Shown: in pieces, positions 1 to 13,329 of the stretch
Numbering within the stretch: the stretch's first letter is position 1
Layout of the letters: every line of letters starts with the position of its first letter
Assembly: GCF_006345805.1 (NCBI RefSeq)
Contig: NC_043003.1
Span: 55,242,001-55,306,000, forward strand
From: Octopus sinensis
Taxonomy: Eukaryota
Length of the DNA: 64,000 nt
Direction: 5' to 3'
Position numbers and translations under genes: made by a program
The notes under the pieces: model-generated
Told to the model about the DNA's origin: nothing
The model's database searches: none
The model's input: the letters and a program-made list of their open reading frames with translations, nothing else

Positions 1-984
1 CGGGTAGATTTTAGAGGATTCTCTCGATGGTTCATCACTAAATATATTGCAATGAGAGTGGGCAAAACTGGTTAAGCGACATACAAGGAGTAAAAAACAC
101 CACAACGAGCACTCATAAGCTTTTCTTAACCGCAATGTCATATCTTTTGGCGATTGTGTTGCAGTAGTACTTTTCTCCTAGACGAATCCTGTCCCATGTA
201 GAGACTTTGAACACTGCTACTCAGATATGTATAACATATCTCAGTTATGCAATCTCTACCTTATTTACAATAATAATTAACTGTACGTAGGAAATATTTT
301 ATAACTTATGCTGTTGATTGTTTTCTACCGTCAGGACATTGTAACAGGCTTTTGCCTTATTCAGATGGTAGTGATGAAAAAAAGATTATTCCATTTGATT
401 TCTCTCTTCCCTGTTAGATTTTCTGGAATACAGTAATAAATGCCTCTTCTGCTGGATTCGGAGCCTTCACATCTATAATCTCATTTATGCATACCACAAA
501 TTTTAACTTCATTGGCATGTCACAGTTAGTGACCAAGATGTTACTATATATCTTATCTATGTGAATTAACGAGGCATTTTGTCATTACACTTCCTTTACT
601 TATATGTTTCTATGATCTTATGTCAAATTAGTATTGTTTATTGCCTTTAAGCCGCTACAATTTATTTGTTTTATAGACCGTATCTGCCTATGTACAATGT
701 AATGCATTGTTGATAGCCATGAGTGGTGGATTTTTCATTTAATATTTCAAGAACTTGTATAATCTATATATATTTATGCATGTATGATCCAGGATGTTGA
801 TTGATGTTACAATTCCACCAGTCATCGAAAGATTCCTAACTGCTAAATAAATGTGGCACGCTCATCTTTATTCCTTACATCATTTTATTTCATATTCCGC
901 AATGGATAAAATATTCATATAAACGGTACATTTCACGGATATTCAGTTTGCATTGAATATTTTTGGATTAACATGACGATATAT

Positions 985-1080
985 ATATATATATATATAA
1001 CTGTGTTGTTAGTGTGTGTGTGTTGCATTGTGTATGTATACATGAATATACTAATATATGTATGCGTGAATGTTATATAC

Positions 1081-1118
<38 letters not shown>

Positions 1119-1140
1119 TGTGTGTGCGTGTGTGTGTGGT
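985..1140. repeat. Compound (TA)n/(TG)n microsatellite
   Basis: Directly visible dinucleotide runs; the ORF at 973-1182 is read-through of them. Confidence 0.95.
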
Positions 1141-2892
1141 GACGTTCAACAAATACAGGAGCGCACGATCAGACAAAAGTAAAGATATGGCCGTAGTCTA
1201 ATGACTGAAAAAAGAAAAAAAGAAAAAAAAAGAAAAAATATAATTACTAATAAGACACTCACCCCCTCACACACACACTAAACCATGTGAAATTCAGCTA
1301 CTTAGATTTTCTTGGGGCCAAGCATTAAATATATTTCTTCATGGTGATATCATCGTCAGAACATAAATCAGTGAATAGCAAATATTAACGGGCTTTTAAG
1401 AAGGTCGAATATTTTGTAATATAACATTGGGAAGTGTTATGGTGATTTATGGTTAATTCTCACGAAAATATACTTTGAAAACTGCGGACATGATGAGAAA
1501 AATTCGGTTTTTCATACTCATACAATCCATTATAAATCCATTATGAAAAATCTACAACGAAAATGACATAAAACTCATACAACAACACTGGGGGGCAATG
1601 AAAACGAAAGCTTATTGTCCATACCTACAAGGTTTTGTTATTCTTTTCATATGGAAGTTGAGAAACGATATGCAAATCAAGAGTTAAATAATGTTTTGTA
1701 AAATTTGTTTCCTCTGGAAATTTGATTTGGAAAATCTTAAATCACAATGGACTACATAGAACAGGTATTAGGTTTGTCGTTCAGCCGACCAATAAAACAT
1801 AACCTATTGATCTATCATCAAATTGTTGATACCGTCACAACTATTTGTCTTGCAGGAATTTGGCACCAATAGTGAAACGCCTATCTCGCAAACAACAACA
1901 ACATCAGTACTCTCGAAGCCAGCATTGACAATTTCAGGATCTACAATAACTGTGAGAACATTACCACCAATAATAGCCCGTCTGATGAAGAAATCACTTC
2001 TTGTCCGTTGCTGGAAACCACCTTCAAACAACGTATAACATTACCAATCATTACAATGGGAAATTGCATTAGTTGAAAGATATTCTCAATTTCTCACAGG
2101 AAGCACGCGAGGAAAATAAGGAAAACTCTCCCATCCAGCGATAAAGAAGTGTTCACTCCAGTGACAGAGAACTGAAGATGGTAAAGAAGAGTTCCCTGTT
2201 GGATGATGTGGTCGACATGAAATTTAGTCTTCACCGAAACGGAAACCAGACTGTCATAAATGCTATTTCAGAATATTTGTGTGATAGGATTTGCTTGAAT
2301 ATATTAATCATTTCTATTGCAGGCCTGATATTTTGCGGTCTTTGGGTAGTCGATTACATCTAGACCAGTGCTCAACCTATCGGCCCCAAAAGGACAAAAT
2401 GGCAAAGCCGGCATTTAAACTCAGGAGGTAAATATATTTAATGTGCAACAAATGAATATGATCAGATATACTAGGGTTAATCTAAAGGAAGACTCTTTAT
2501 AAAAAACATCTCTTCATATGCTAACAAATGAGTTAGCGACCTCTCCATTATATATTCAATTAGACACATCTGGCATTGCTGTCTTCTTTTTCTTCTTTCT
2601 CCAATCAGGACTCACGCCATTAACCACAAAGAACAATCTCTAATTCGAACCTACTCTAAGCTCCTAAGAATGCGTGTGGAAACTTGAAGATCCACCCACC
2701 ACACGCGATAGTCTGGCGGTTGCACGGGCGCGAAAGCTACATTGTTATCCTCATTTCGTAAACGGTGGGTTTTAACGGTGGAGAGCTGATCCATCCTGGG
2801 GTATGGAGGATTCGCAATCTAGACTAGGGTCTGAAAATTTACCACACCATAGTGCGTTATATCATGGTTCCTCGGCTTTGTGGCAGAAGTAG

Positions 2893-3056
2893 GAAGAAAG
2901 GGTGAGTAAAAGTTGTGCTGAAAGAGTTACAGCGGGGTTCCCCCCTCCCGTGGGTGCCACGCGGAGCTTAGGTGTTTTTGCTCAATAAACACGCACAATG
3001 CCCGGTCTTACGACCGCGAGTGCGCTGCCCTAACCACTGGGCCATTGCACCTCCAC
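2893..3056 (-). mobile_element. tRNA-derived SINE family C, 5' part
   Basis: Reverse complement matches the head of the copy at 7113-7505 (A box TGGCCCAGTGG, then aaacacctaagctcc). Confidence 0.85.
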
Positions 3057-3924
3057 TCGACATTACTGTAAGACGGTAACAAACAGAAATGTTAGTTTGT
3101 AAAACAAAATAACTTATGGCTTTTAGTGATGGCCTTTTAATTTAATTTTCCCAATGGTTATCTTTTTTTTCATTATTCTGATGTCGATAAAATAAAGTCC
3201 CACTTAAATAATAACTTCAATTTTATCTGTTATTTCCCTCCCTCAAATTGCGTTTTTTTTTCTAAAATTAAGCTATCATTGCAATGAATTATTTCAAGAT
3301 GGTAAGCAAAGAGAAGTTTGTTAGACTACCAGAGAAAATAACCTGTAGTAGTCATGGTTATTTAAGTAATGAGTTCAAACCCTGTCGAACTATACTCTGA
3401 TTTCATTCGTTCGTGGTTCATAAGTATATTTTCCCAAATTTTTGGCTTTGTGCATATTTAGCAACAAATATCTAAGTGTTATTCTCTATTATAAACGTAA
3501 CAATGAAATATCTGGAGAGATCTACATGGAAGTCATCCTAGACATTGATACAATTCAATAACACTAAAGCAACTTGATATTTCCTCCCTTGTCTGTACCT
3601 TAATGCCACATGTCGATATCTTTGAATAATGGCTTTAGGTAATTTCATTGAGAAGTCAGTAAGTTTCTAAACCGACTCAGCATCTTTCTTCCATAAGAAA
3701 TTATAATCAGTTGTGGTGCTTCATCAATTATTTATCATTATTGTCACTGATGTCATGAAAAATGACGCTGGGGTTTTGGCTTCTTCGTGTGTGAATGTTT
3801 GAACGCCGGAGAACAGTTTGTATGCTAACGCTCAATAGAAGTAGCGATGTCAAGTTTTCAGATACCTGGAGGTTATTTGGAATATCATCACAATTGTTCG
3901 CATTAAGTTTGAATTGTGGTGACA

Positions 3925-3947
3925 TGTACATACATATATATATGTAA

Positions 3948-3988
<41 letters not shown>

Positions 3989-4135
3989 CACAAACACATA
4001 TAAATATATGTATATATATATATATATATTTATACATATATATATATACATATGTATGTGTGTTTGTTTATATATATATATATATATATATGTTTATATA
4101 TATATATATATTATATATATATATATATAAATTAC
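3925..4135. repeat. (TA)n/(GA)n microsatellite
   Basis: Directly visible. Confidence 0.95.
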
Positions 4136-4289
4136 TGATTTTTTAAATATTTCTTATATATTATATATGTAAAGTATATTATACATGTATGTATATTGTT
4201 ATAATTGTGCTTTTAGTAAATAAATAAATAAACATAATATAATGTCTAAAAGTTAATCTCCTCTTATTCCTCTCTCTCTCTCTCTCTAT

Positions 4290-4706
4290 TTTTTTCTTTA
4301 TTTGTTTCACTCATTTGACTGCGGCCATGCTGGAGCACCGCCTTTAGTCGAGCAAATCGACACCGGGACTTATTCTTTGTAAGCCCAGTACTTATTCTAT
4401 CGGTCTCTTTTGCCGAACCGCTAAGTGACGGGGACGTAAACACACCAGCATCGGTTGTCAAGCAATGCTAGGGGGACAAACACAGACACACAAACACACA
4501 CACACACACATATATATATGTATATATATGTATATATATACATATATAGGACAGGCTTCTTTCATTTTCCGTCTACCAAATCCACTCACAAGGCTTTGGT
4601 CGGCCCGGGGCTATAGCAGAAGACACTTGCCCAAGATGCCACACAGTGGTACTGAACCGGGAACCATGTGGTTGGTTAGCAAGCTACTTACCACACAGCC
4701 ACTCCT
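4290..4706 (-). mobile_element. tRNA-derived SINE family B, full length, with internal (TA)n/(TG)n tract
   Basis: Reverse complement is highly similar to 58427-58866 (ggagtggctgtgtggtaag...ggttcagt...ccagcatggccgcagtcaaatgactgaaac). Confidence 0.92.
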
Positions 4707-4725
4707 TCACTATATATATATATAG

Positions 4726-4955
4726 TGAAGGCGCATGGCTCATTAGTTAGAGCAAATACACTCTATTTCAGTTTGTTCTAGTTCACTCTCAGTTGTAGAA
4801 AGGAGTCGTGACGTCACTGCTGCCAAGCTGTATCTGCCGCTGACTTTCCGTCGATGTCGTGGTGAGGGAAACCGGTAAGCATAAACAACCCTGCTTGGAC
4901 TTGTGCCTCGGAGGGTAGCTTTCCGGGTCATTCATGACCGAAGGAGATATATCCT
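4726..4955 (+). mobile_element. Degenerate SINE-like repeat (family E)
   Basis: Starts gaaggcgcatggctcattagttagagc (tRNA A-box-like head); ends ggtcattcatgaccgaagg. Single copy in the window. Confidence 0.45.
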
Positions 4956-4974
4956 ATTCTTTTATCCTTTTATT

Positions 4975-5288
4975 TTCTTATTTGTTTCAGTCATTTGACT
5001 GCGGCCATGCTGGAGCAGCGACTTTAGTCGAACAAACGGAAACTTGGACTTATTCTTTGTAAGCCTAGTACTTATTCTATGCGTCTCTCTTGTCGAACCG
5101 CTACGTTATGGGGTTGTAAACACACCAATATCGGTTGTCAAGTGATGATGGAAGGGACAAACACACACAAACAAACAAATATATATATACGATGGGCTTA
5201 TTTCAGTTTCCGTCTAGCAAATTCACTCACAAGGCCGTGGTCGGCCCGAGGCTATAGCAGAAGGCACCTGCCCAAGGGGCCACATAGT
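4975..5288 (-). mobile_element. SINE family B, 5'-truncated
   Basis: Same blocks as 4290-4706 (cagtcatttgactgcggccatgctggagc ... ggctatagcagaag). Confidence 0.9.
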
Positions 5289-5344
5289 ATGAAGGCATAA
5301 CAAGCATCTGAAGCCATATACATTATTTTATATTATTCTTAAAT

Positions 5345-5432
5345 TTGTTGAGGCCTTACAGCCGTTTCTGTGATATCCCAAATGATAGGCGAGTATGACT
5401 GAATATGTGGTATTCCGTCATCAGAGACAACT
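5345..5432 (-). ncRNA. Degenerate hammerhead ribozyme-like motif at the PLE 3' end
   Basis: Minus strand: tct CTGATGA cggaata ccaca tattc... GAAAC ggct GTA agg. Core boxes are intact but the stem II region is enlarged. Confidence 0.45.
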
Positions 5433-7112
5433 AAAGAAAATATAAAAGATCTGGACATGGTCATATTCAGAAAAAAGATCTGGACGTGGAAAATTTGCAG
5501 ATAATAAACAATGAAATAAAAGTGTAGAGAGTAAGGAAATGAGGAAATAAACTTCACATTTTTCAGAGGGTATGGATGTTAGTCCGTATGATCTAAGGTA
5601 AAATCCAAGGTAAATCCAGGTAGTATTACAGCAAAGTATGAGTATTATGATTACAACATAAATATCTAGGCAATATTTTGGCAGAAATGAGAATGGTGTA
5701 TTCATATTGTGATGGCTGGTTTGTGAGAGAATGACCATAAAATTGGCTATTGAGCAAAGTGGAAGGAGAAAGAGAAAGAGAAAGAAAATAGAAAGAACGG
5801 GAAAGAGATGTTAATGTGGAGAGAGAGAGAGAGAAATGAGGTAGCGTGTGGAGATAGAGAGAGGAGGAAGTGACAGAGTATTAGCAAAAATTGGTCAGAA
5901 GTATTGGCTAGAAGAATATAAATAATGAAATAAAAGAAATACTAAAATATTGAGTAATACATATAAAAACTAAACATATATAAAATGAAAATATATGAAA
6001 TAAAAATAAAATATATAAAAAGTAGAATCAAAAATAAGAATATGAATAAATTGTAAAAATAAGGGAACAGATAAAAGAAGAGAGGAAGAAGATCATAAAA
6101 AATAGAAGGATCAAAGAGATTACGAAAAGAGATAAAGTGAATAATATATGCCGGCACCATTCCTCAAGTTTAGGGTTGGAGCAAGAGGTCAAGCAGTAAG
6201 TATTTGTGTCTGTTAAATAGATCAAGTTCGAGTTGGTTATGGTCAGTAGTTATAGATATATTCCTACATATGGGGCTATGAATACATTTTAGGATGAATA
6301 GAGAGGCAGGCATGAATGGAGAAAGCAGTTAAATATTTAATTGTTTAGGAATAAAAGTTACAGTTTAGGATTTGGAGATCTAAGAGGTTAAGGTTTAAAG
6401 TTTAGGAGATTAAATTAAAACCAGCAGGTTAAAGTAAAGAATTAAGTTATCTTCTAATGTTCTAATATTAATGGAGAGTATAGCGAAGGGATAGACATAG
6501 GTATATTATAACGAGCATGGAAATATGCAAGTAAGCTTTTTGTGGGAAGGGTAAGTTTACACTTGGACTTGTGGAAAAATTTAAATGTGCGGAAAAATAT
6601 GTTTACAAATTGTGAATGCTTCGTTATATTGGCTGAATAATTGTGGTGAGTTATGGGTTAATTTTTGGAGGGCCTCCTTTAGGCAGAGTCCACAGGTGGA
6701 GCGCTGGCGTGATATGGAATGCCAGAATCCATTATAGCCCAGGATGTCCTATACTGTATTTTCCTATTAATTAGATGGTGTATGTGGCTGGCTACGAATG
6801 TAGAGTTGTTATGCTCTTTATATATTTAAACGAGTTTAAATGGCAGAATATATTTGTTGAAAGTAATGGTAGATCCGATATAGTAGATAGAGGAATTACT
6901 TAATAAGTTCTAGACACTGTATTTGTATACCACCTTGAAGCTTTTGCAATGGACTTGCAACGGGCAATCGGTCCCAGACCTGCAGCTGCAACTTTTTGTT
7001 CTAAGTTGGTCTGTTGGAGAGAGGGCTGAAGTCATGCGATTTATGGACAAGTTGAAGGCTAGGGTTGTATTAGGTGCTCATATTATAAGTAATGCTGTTA
7101 ACTGTAGTAGCA

Positions 7113-7505
7113 TTGTGGAGGCGCAATGGCCCAGTGGTTAGGGCAGCGGACTCGCGGTCGTAGGATCGTGGTTTCGATTCCCAGACTGGGAGTTGTGAGT
7201 GTTTATTGAGTGAAAACACCTAAAGCTCCACGAGGCTCCGGCAGGGATGGTAGTGATCCCTGCTGTACTCTTTCACCACAACTTTCTCTCACTCTTACTT
7301 CCTGTTTCTGTTGTACCTGTATTTCAAAGGGCCGGCCTTGTCACTCTCTGTGTCACGCTGAATATCCCCGAGAACTACGTTAAGGGTACACGTGTCTGTG
7401 GAGTGCTCAGCCACTTACACGTTAATTTCACGAGCAGGCTGTTCCGTTGATCGGATCAACCGGAACCTTCGTCATCGTAACCGACGGAGTGCTTCCATCC
7501 ATCCA
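7113..7505 (+). mobile_element. tRNA-derived SINE family C, full length, 9-bp TSD
   Basis: A box TGGCCCAGTGG and B box GTTTCGATTC; GTAGTAGCA at 7104-7112 and 7506-7514. Confidence 0.9.
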
Positions 7506-7578
7506 GTAGTAGCACTATTAGTATTAGTAGCAGTAGTAATATTAGTAGTAGCAGTATTATTATTATTATTATTATTAT

Positions 7579-7625
<47 letters not shown>

Positions 7626-7870
7626 GTAGTAGTAGTAGTAGTAGTAGCTACAGCAGCAGCAGTAGGAGTAGTAGTAGTAGTTGTTGTTATATTAATATTA
7701 GTAATAGTAGTATTTTCATTGGTAGCAGTATTTGTATTATTGTTAATATTGTTAGTATATATATATATATATATATATATACGGGACCTACATATATACA
7801 TATATATATATGCGTGCGCGTGTGTGTGTATGTATGTGCGTACGTCTGTATGTCCGAGTGTGTATGTGTG
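7506..7870. repeat. Compound (TAG)n/(TAT)n/(TA)n/(TG)n microsatellite
   Basis: Directly visible; source of the poly-V and poly-T ORFs. Confidence 0.95.
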
Positions 7871-8377
7871 TATCAATAAATGTATTAGTATCATTAATGC
7901 GTTGTATAGTTTATAGAACAGTTCTACTTCAAACAAAACGATGCAGATCGATGATCAACTTGTTTTGCAGCCAAAAGCAGACTATATATTTTCAGATTGG
8001 GATTCCGACGCCCAAAAGTTTTTTTCCTATTATTATTGATACAGAGAATACTTGCAGAAATTCCTCGGCTAGTTTTAGGCCATAGTGTCACTCATTAACT
8101 TTCACGCACCCAGTTATAATTTCCTGTTATTTCCAACATAATCTTTTGGTTAATCTCTTGAAAACCTTGTATCTTTCCTTCGCTCATCTTTTGTCTTTAA
8201 CTGTTTTCCCATTCAGGCTTGTACAACATTGTTTTAACTCACACCAGCAATCTTAGTTTACCTTCTTTCATGGTCATTATTTCGTCATTCATTATTCAAA
8301 ATCTCTTAGCTCCATTACCTAAATTAATTCATTTTCCCGCTTTTTTTTCTTTTCCTCCGTCGTTCCTGATACTCCTT

Positions 8378-8659
8378 TACTCTTTTACTCTTTTATTCTT
8401 TTCCTTGTTTCAGCCATTTGACTGTGGCCATGCTGGAGCACCGCATTTATTCGAGCAAATCGACCCCAGCACTTATTCTTTGTAAGCCTAGTACTTATTC
8501 TATCGGATTCTTTTGCCGAACCGCTAAGATACGGGGACGTAAACACACCAGTATCAGTTGTCGAGCGATGTTGGGGGGACAATCACAGACACACAAACAT
8601 ACACACACACACACACACACACATACACACACCACACACACACAACACACACACACACA

Positions 8660-8733
<74 letters not shown>

Positions 8734-8888
8734 GACGGACTTCTTTCAGTTTCGTCTCCAAATCCACTCACAAGTCTTCGGTCGGCTCGAGGCTATAGTA
8801 GAAGACATTTGCTCAAGGTGCCACACAGAGGGACTGAACCCTGAACCCAGTGGTTGGTAAGCAAGCTACTTACCACACAGCCACTCCT
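8378..8888 (-). mobile_element. SINE family B, full length
   Basis: Similar to 58427-58866; long internal (CA)n(TA)n tract; (AGTAAAAG)-type tandem tail. Confidence 0.92.
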
Positions 8889-9527
8889 AAGCCTTTCTTT
8901 ATTCTTACTTCTTATTTCTTCTCTTGGCTTCTTTCTCAATCTTTCCTTGTATTTACTCTGCCTTTCAAGATTCAATCCTGGTTGTCATGCTCTATGATCA
9001 TTGTCTCCCGTCATACAACATAAGCTATTTCGGTAATGAAATAATTTAGGAAACATTTAAAAATCTTATATTCGGAACATTCATATCTAGGATATACTGT
9101 TGCATATATTTTAAGAAGAAAGTTAGGAACATGGCTATTAATCTATAAATGATTGAATAGAGATATAGAAATTTACTTGCTACGTGTAGACATACACGTA
9201 CGCACACACACACACATATGTATGTATAAAAATGGTGGTGCACACATTATCTCCCACCATCCAGTTTTATAAACACAGCTAATTTTCGTATCTGTGTGTG
9301 TATATGTGTGTAAGCCAATAACGACGTGTATGAGTGATTATATTTGTACGTGCCAGTGGCAATCATCGGAGTTTCTCTCCTTCACTCTCTTTTGCGTTCG
9401 CTTTCTCTGCCGCAGAATTACAATTTTCATTTACTTTCTACTGAGCCAACAGACGTTTTACCCTATCCTTTGCGCATTAATACCATAGTTAATTACTGAT
9501 TTTTCTGTCTTGCTATACAGACACACA

Positions 9528-9582
<55 letters not shown>

Positions 9583-9989
9583 TACATACGTATACATACA
9601 TGTAAGTGTAGATATAGATAAATTGTGTCCATGTTTGTATATATATATATATATTTGGGTGTGTGTATATGTGTATAAATTTGTATGTACCCCAACATGC
9701 TTACACACACTTTCGAATGCACATACATACATACATAAACACAGTTAATGGACGCAACACACATTATACTACAGATCACTGTAGATGAAAGATGTATAGC
9801 ATATCATTATTTTCTCAGCACACAGACAGTATATTAACTTTTGATGAACGAAACGTGTTAAGTTTAAATAAATAATATACTCTGCGATGAGTGATCACTT
9901 CCATCTTCCATTTATAAATATTGCTATTAGACATTCATACAATCATGCAGATATGTATGTACGCATTTTCTGGCAGCACGTTGAACCGT

Positions 9990-10330
9990 TCTTACTCCTT
10001 GAATGATGAAATATCTGTAAGGTTTTAGAACGTAACTGATTTTCTAGTGCTCCTGAGTCTGGTGTCCGGTCCCAGCATGGAATCACAAGGCGAAGAAAAG
10101 TCACTGTGTACTGTACATGTATGCTGACGTCGCTCACTCCTTTACACATATGAGGGTTGGTCCCCTTATAGGCATTACATAAGTGTCCTCGAATGTTTCA
10201 ACGGAAATGCCTGAAACACATCTTGAATATTGGCTGGTCATTGCGGTCTCTTGGGAGGAGCCGACACCCTGCGCATAGAGCCGATGGCGTACAAACATCT
10301 TTCTACAGATGAATGATCAGGAAATCTCTA
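9990..10330 (+). pseudogene. Highly decayed RTE-clade LINE ORF2 fragment (post-RT region)
   Basis: Across frameshifts reads NDEISVR...HGITRRRKVTVYCTCMLTS-LLYTYEGWSPYRHYISVLECF-QRKCLKHILNIGW, the RTE GI-TK-VY / LLY-E-W / LERF-QRCLR-IL-I-W signature. Confidence 0.75.
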
Positions 10331-10559
10331 TATGATAAACATGTTTGTGGAAATCACCTGCAGCAGAAACTAAGAATGTGGTTTAAGTTTTGCGTAAAAC
10401 CGCGATGAAGGCATGTGAGCTATAAAAGGTCAGTTGAGAAAGCAATGCTTGTCATCGCAACCAAAGGAGAAGTAAAGAATGGGTTGAGTATTTTTGAAAA
10501 AAAAAACGCGTTTTCATGCTAAACTTAATCGAACTGATCGGGAGCAGAAGGCCAGTGTC

Positions 10560-11243
10560 ATGAATAGGGAGTATTATTTCGAAGCCCTCACATCCGTGAA
10601 AAGGACGTGGAGAACCGGTCAGGTAGACTCAGCCAACTTATATTTCCTGTCAACACTTCTATACGCCTGTGGTATTTGGATGCTGTACCGCCGTGACTTC
10701 AAGCGCCTCGAACGCTTCCAGCAATTCAAGCCTCGACAGATTCGATGGGAAGATCACATTAGAAACAACAAGTTTCTTCGTCGCGCTTCACTATCAAGCA
10801 TCGAAGCCACCATTCTTCGTCATCGTCGCCACTGGACGAGTCCTGTCGAACGTATGGAGCACTCTCGTCTCCTGAGGATCATGCTTTACGGAGAACTTGC
10901 AATCGGAACAAGACTCAGAGGAGGCCTGAAATTCCGTTTTAAAGACCAGCTCAAACGCATCCTGGCTCAAACTAACATCCAGCCATCCTCATTTGAACCG
11001 ACTGCCATGGAAAGGACGACCTGGAGGACTGCGGTCCGAATGAGAACCTAAAACGCAGGATAAAAAAGGAGCGTCTTTAACATCTTCGACCCGCATCGAC
11101 CATCCTGTGCGAATTCTGTCCACGACTCATTCACCACCGACTCCAAAGTCACATTTGGCACAAACATCTGCTGAGGAGACTGGAAAAAACTGACGAAACC
11201 AATCCTCGGATACGAGCTGGAACCGAATAGTAGTAGTAGTAAT
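10560..11243 (+). mobile_element. RTE-clade (BovB-like) LINE 3' fragment with (TAG)n tail
   Basis: STLLYACGIWMLYRRDFKRLERFQQ...SIEATILRHRRHW...MEHSRLLRIMLYGEL..G.R.RGG.K.RFKDQLK; downstream CEFCPRLIHHRLQSH motif; ends in tagtagtagtagtaa. Confidence 0.92.
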
Positions 11244-11289
11244 AACCCTTTGCTCCTTTAGGCGCAAAGCCTAAAATTTTAATGGATGG

Positions 11290-11425
11290 TGAGAGTGGAT
11301 TACATAGATCATAGTTCTCCACTGGTACTTATACCATCGACCACAAAACATAAGATGTAAGGTCGAACTCGTCGGACAAGATTAACGTTAAACATTTTAG
11401 CCGGCGCGCAAACGGTTCTGCCACC
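11290..11425 (-). mobile_element. SINE family A fragment
   Basis: Reverse complement contains ggcagaaccgtttgcgcgccgg and gtcgatggtataagtaccagt, as in 61111-61345. Confidence 0.7.
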
Positions 11426-13329
11426 CTATTCTGCAAGGTGAATTTAGTGGGCTTTTTTGTGTGCATATGTGGAAAATTATATGTTGGATACAGTAAGTGA
11501 AAAATGAAAATAAATATGAATAAATAAATTGTGAGTGAAATAATTGCGTGTAGGAAATATATTTTTTTTAGATAGTCTTAAAAATTAATTATGTATGTTG
11601 ATGGAGTTGTAAATAAAATATGCAATTATTATGAAGTGAAGAGCACGCGTGAGACAAAATGACCTAAATATGAGGTAGAAGATATGTTTTAGCGTTGGAA
11701 ATGGAGACAGAATCCTGAACGTCTGTAGCATGGAGAAAGTCTCATTAAAAGAAAAAAAAAACATTTCATATTGATGGAACATTTTGTATATTTTTTACGT
11801 CTGATTAGGGAAAAACTTTACAGCACACACATAGCATACGGTTAGTCAACAATATTGTTAATATATAGAAAACAAAAACCTGGAATTATCACACAAATCG
11901 CCATAACTATAGAACCTAAACAAATTGCTTCTTTCTTAAATTTATGCATGTCTCGCCCAGCCTGTAAACCACTTATTCCGTTTAATATTTACAGATCAGA
12001 ACTTGACTGACGCCTACGTATACATAGCACAAAAACCGAATAGTGAGTTGTCAGTAAGCAAATTATAAAAAAAAAACTGCTATCATTTGGAGGGATATTG
12101 TGTCTTAGACTATGCATTTTAGTCACTCAATTCCCTATATTTATATCCACTAACTTATTGACGTGTTCTGTAGTACAGCGTAGTTTTTAAAAGTTTATAA
12201 ATAGCATTGACATTAGCGGTTAAGAGGACGCACGCTTTCAAATCAGGATTGAAACTCGTACAGCTGATTTCTATTCTCTAGTCTATGAAAATAGTGTATT
12301 AGAAGTAAACTTAGTTACGTCTCAGCTTATATACTCGTTTTCCCCTAACATTATGGATAGATAATCTGTACATACAGGTTTGGAAAAATACAAATCCTAA
12401 GCGCATCAGTAATTAAATATTATACGAAGTAGTTGTCAATAATACGATGTAATATGCAAATCAGTCCATCTGATTTACTTAAGCTTAATTAGCTAGAAAT
12501 AATGGGTTAATGAGCAATGATCCTAATTTCCGCATGGTGGTGACATCTAAACCTAAGTTTGAAGTAAATGCGACTGATATTTTTACTGCCCATGAAACGG
12601 AGTAAAGACAAGCTGTTTACAAGTGTGACATAAAATTTTGTTTGCATCTGTGAAGTATTATGTATTCATACTTCAGGTAAGTCTTTCTGAAGTGTGTGCA
12701 ACATGATAGCAAACAGTATAATACTCACATCAGCTCTGACAACCAATATCTAATATTCATGTCTATTAGATTTTATTAATGTTTGCTATGTTCCATCAAT
12801 ATAAATTTACTGTGGATCTTTATTCCTGGCTGTTACGGAGGAATCATTGATCGGAAGAGACAAATGATTAAACATGATGCAGGCATTTCCATTACATCTT
12901 ATTTTCAGACAGTATATCTAGAATCACATTAAGATTGTACAATGTAATTTAAAAGAAATATCAAAGGTTATAGATGCCTTGATGCAGTTCGAAGTTGATC
13001 GGGAAAATTCTATGACAAAAAAGTATTCCAGTCGTGACTCTCACTTTGATTTTAAGGCTGTAAGTACCTCAGATTCTGTTATTCAAAATATCATTTCTTC
13101 TTTATAAGAAATATAGATTTGGCCTCTATATCTTGCACAAGAAAGCCATTTAGATAATCCATCACCATACTTTGATAGAATATCAAGCTTGATACACAAA
13201 CACACACACAAAAAAGTGCGCCTGTGCATGCGTGTATGCATGCGCTTACGCACGCGCCACAGTTATATATCATGTGGAAGAGTTGAACGACTTCAGAATT
13301 TGTTCCTTCAGACAGAGTTTCTTTCTTTT

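Larger units (their letters stand above)
5335..7790 (-). mobile_element. Penelope-like element 3' remnant (Thr/Asn-rich linker, GIY-YIG endonuclease, 3' UTR with hammerhead-like end), interrupted by a SINE
   Basis: Minus strand 7010-6560 reads SCSCRSGTDCPLQVHCKSFKVVYKY...YYIGST...WAIMDSGIPY...LCLKEAL, matching the PLE CxCR-CPL-C-VVY / YIG / W-I-PY-CLC-E pattern. Confidence 0.8.

Noticed and set aside
1-300. Minus-strand stretch AKRYDIAVKKSL*VLVVVFFTPCM resembling a GPCR TM6
   Set aside because: Multiple stops and no coherent neighbouring helices; the resemblance is within chance.
7116-7190. tRNA-like sequence
   Set aside because: No complete cloverleaf; it continues into a SINE body with a TSD, so it is a SINE head.
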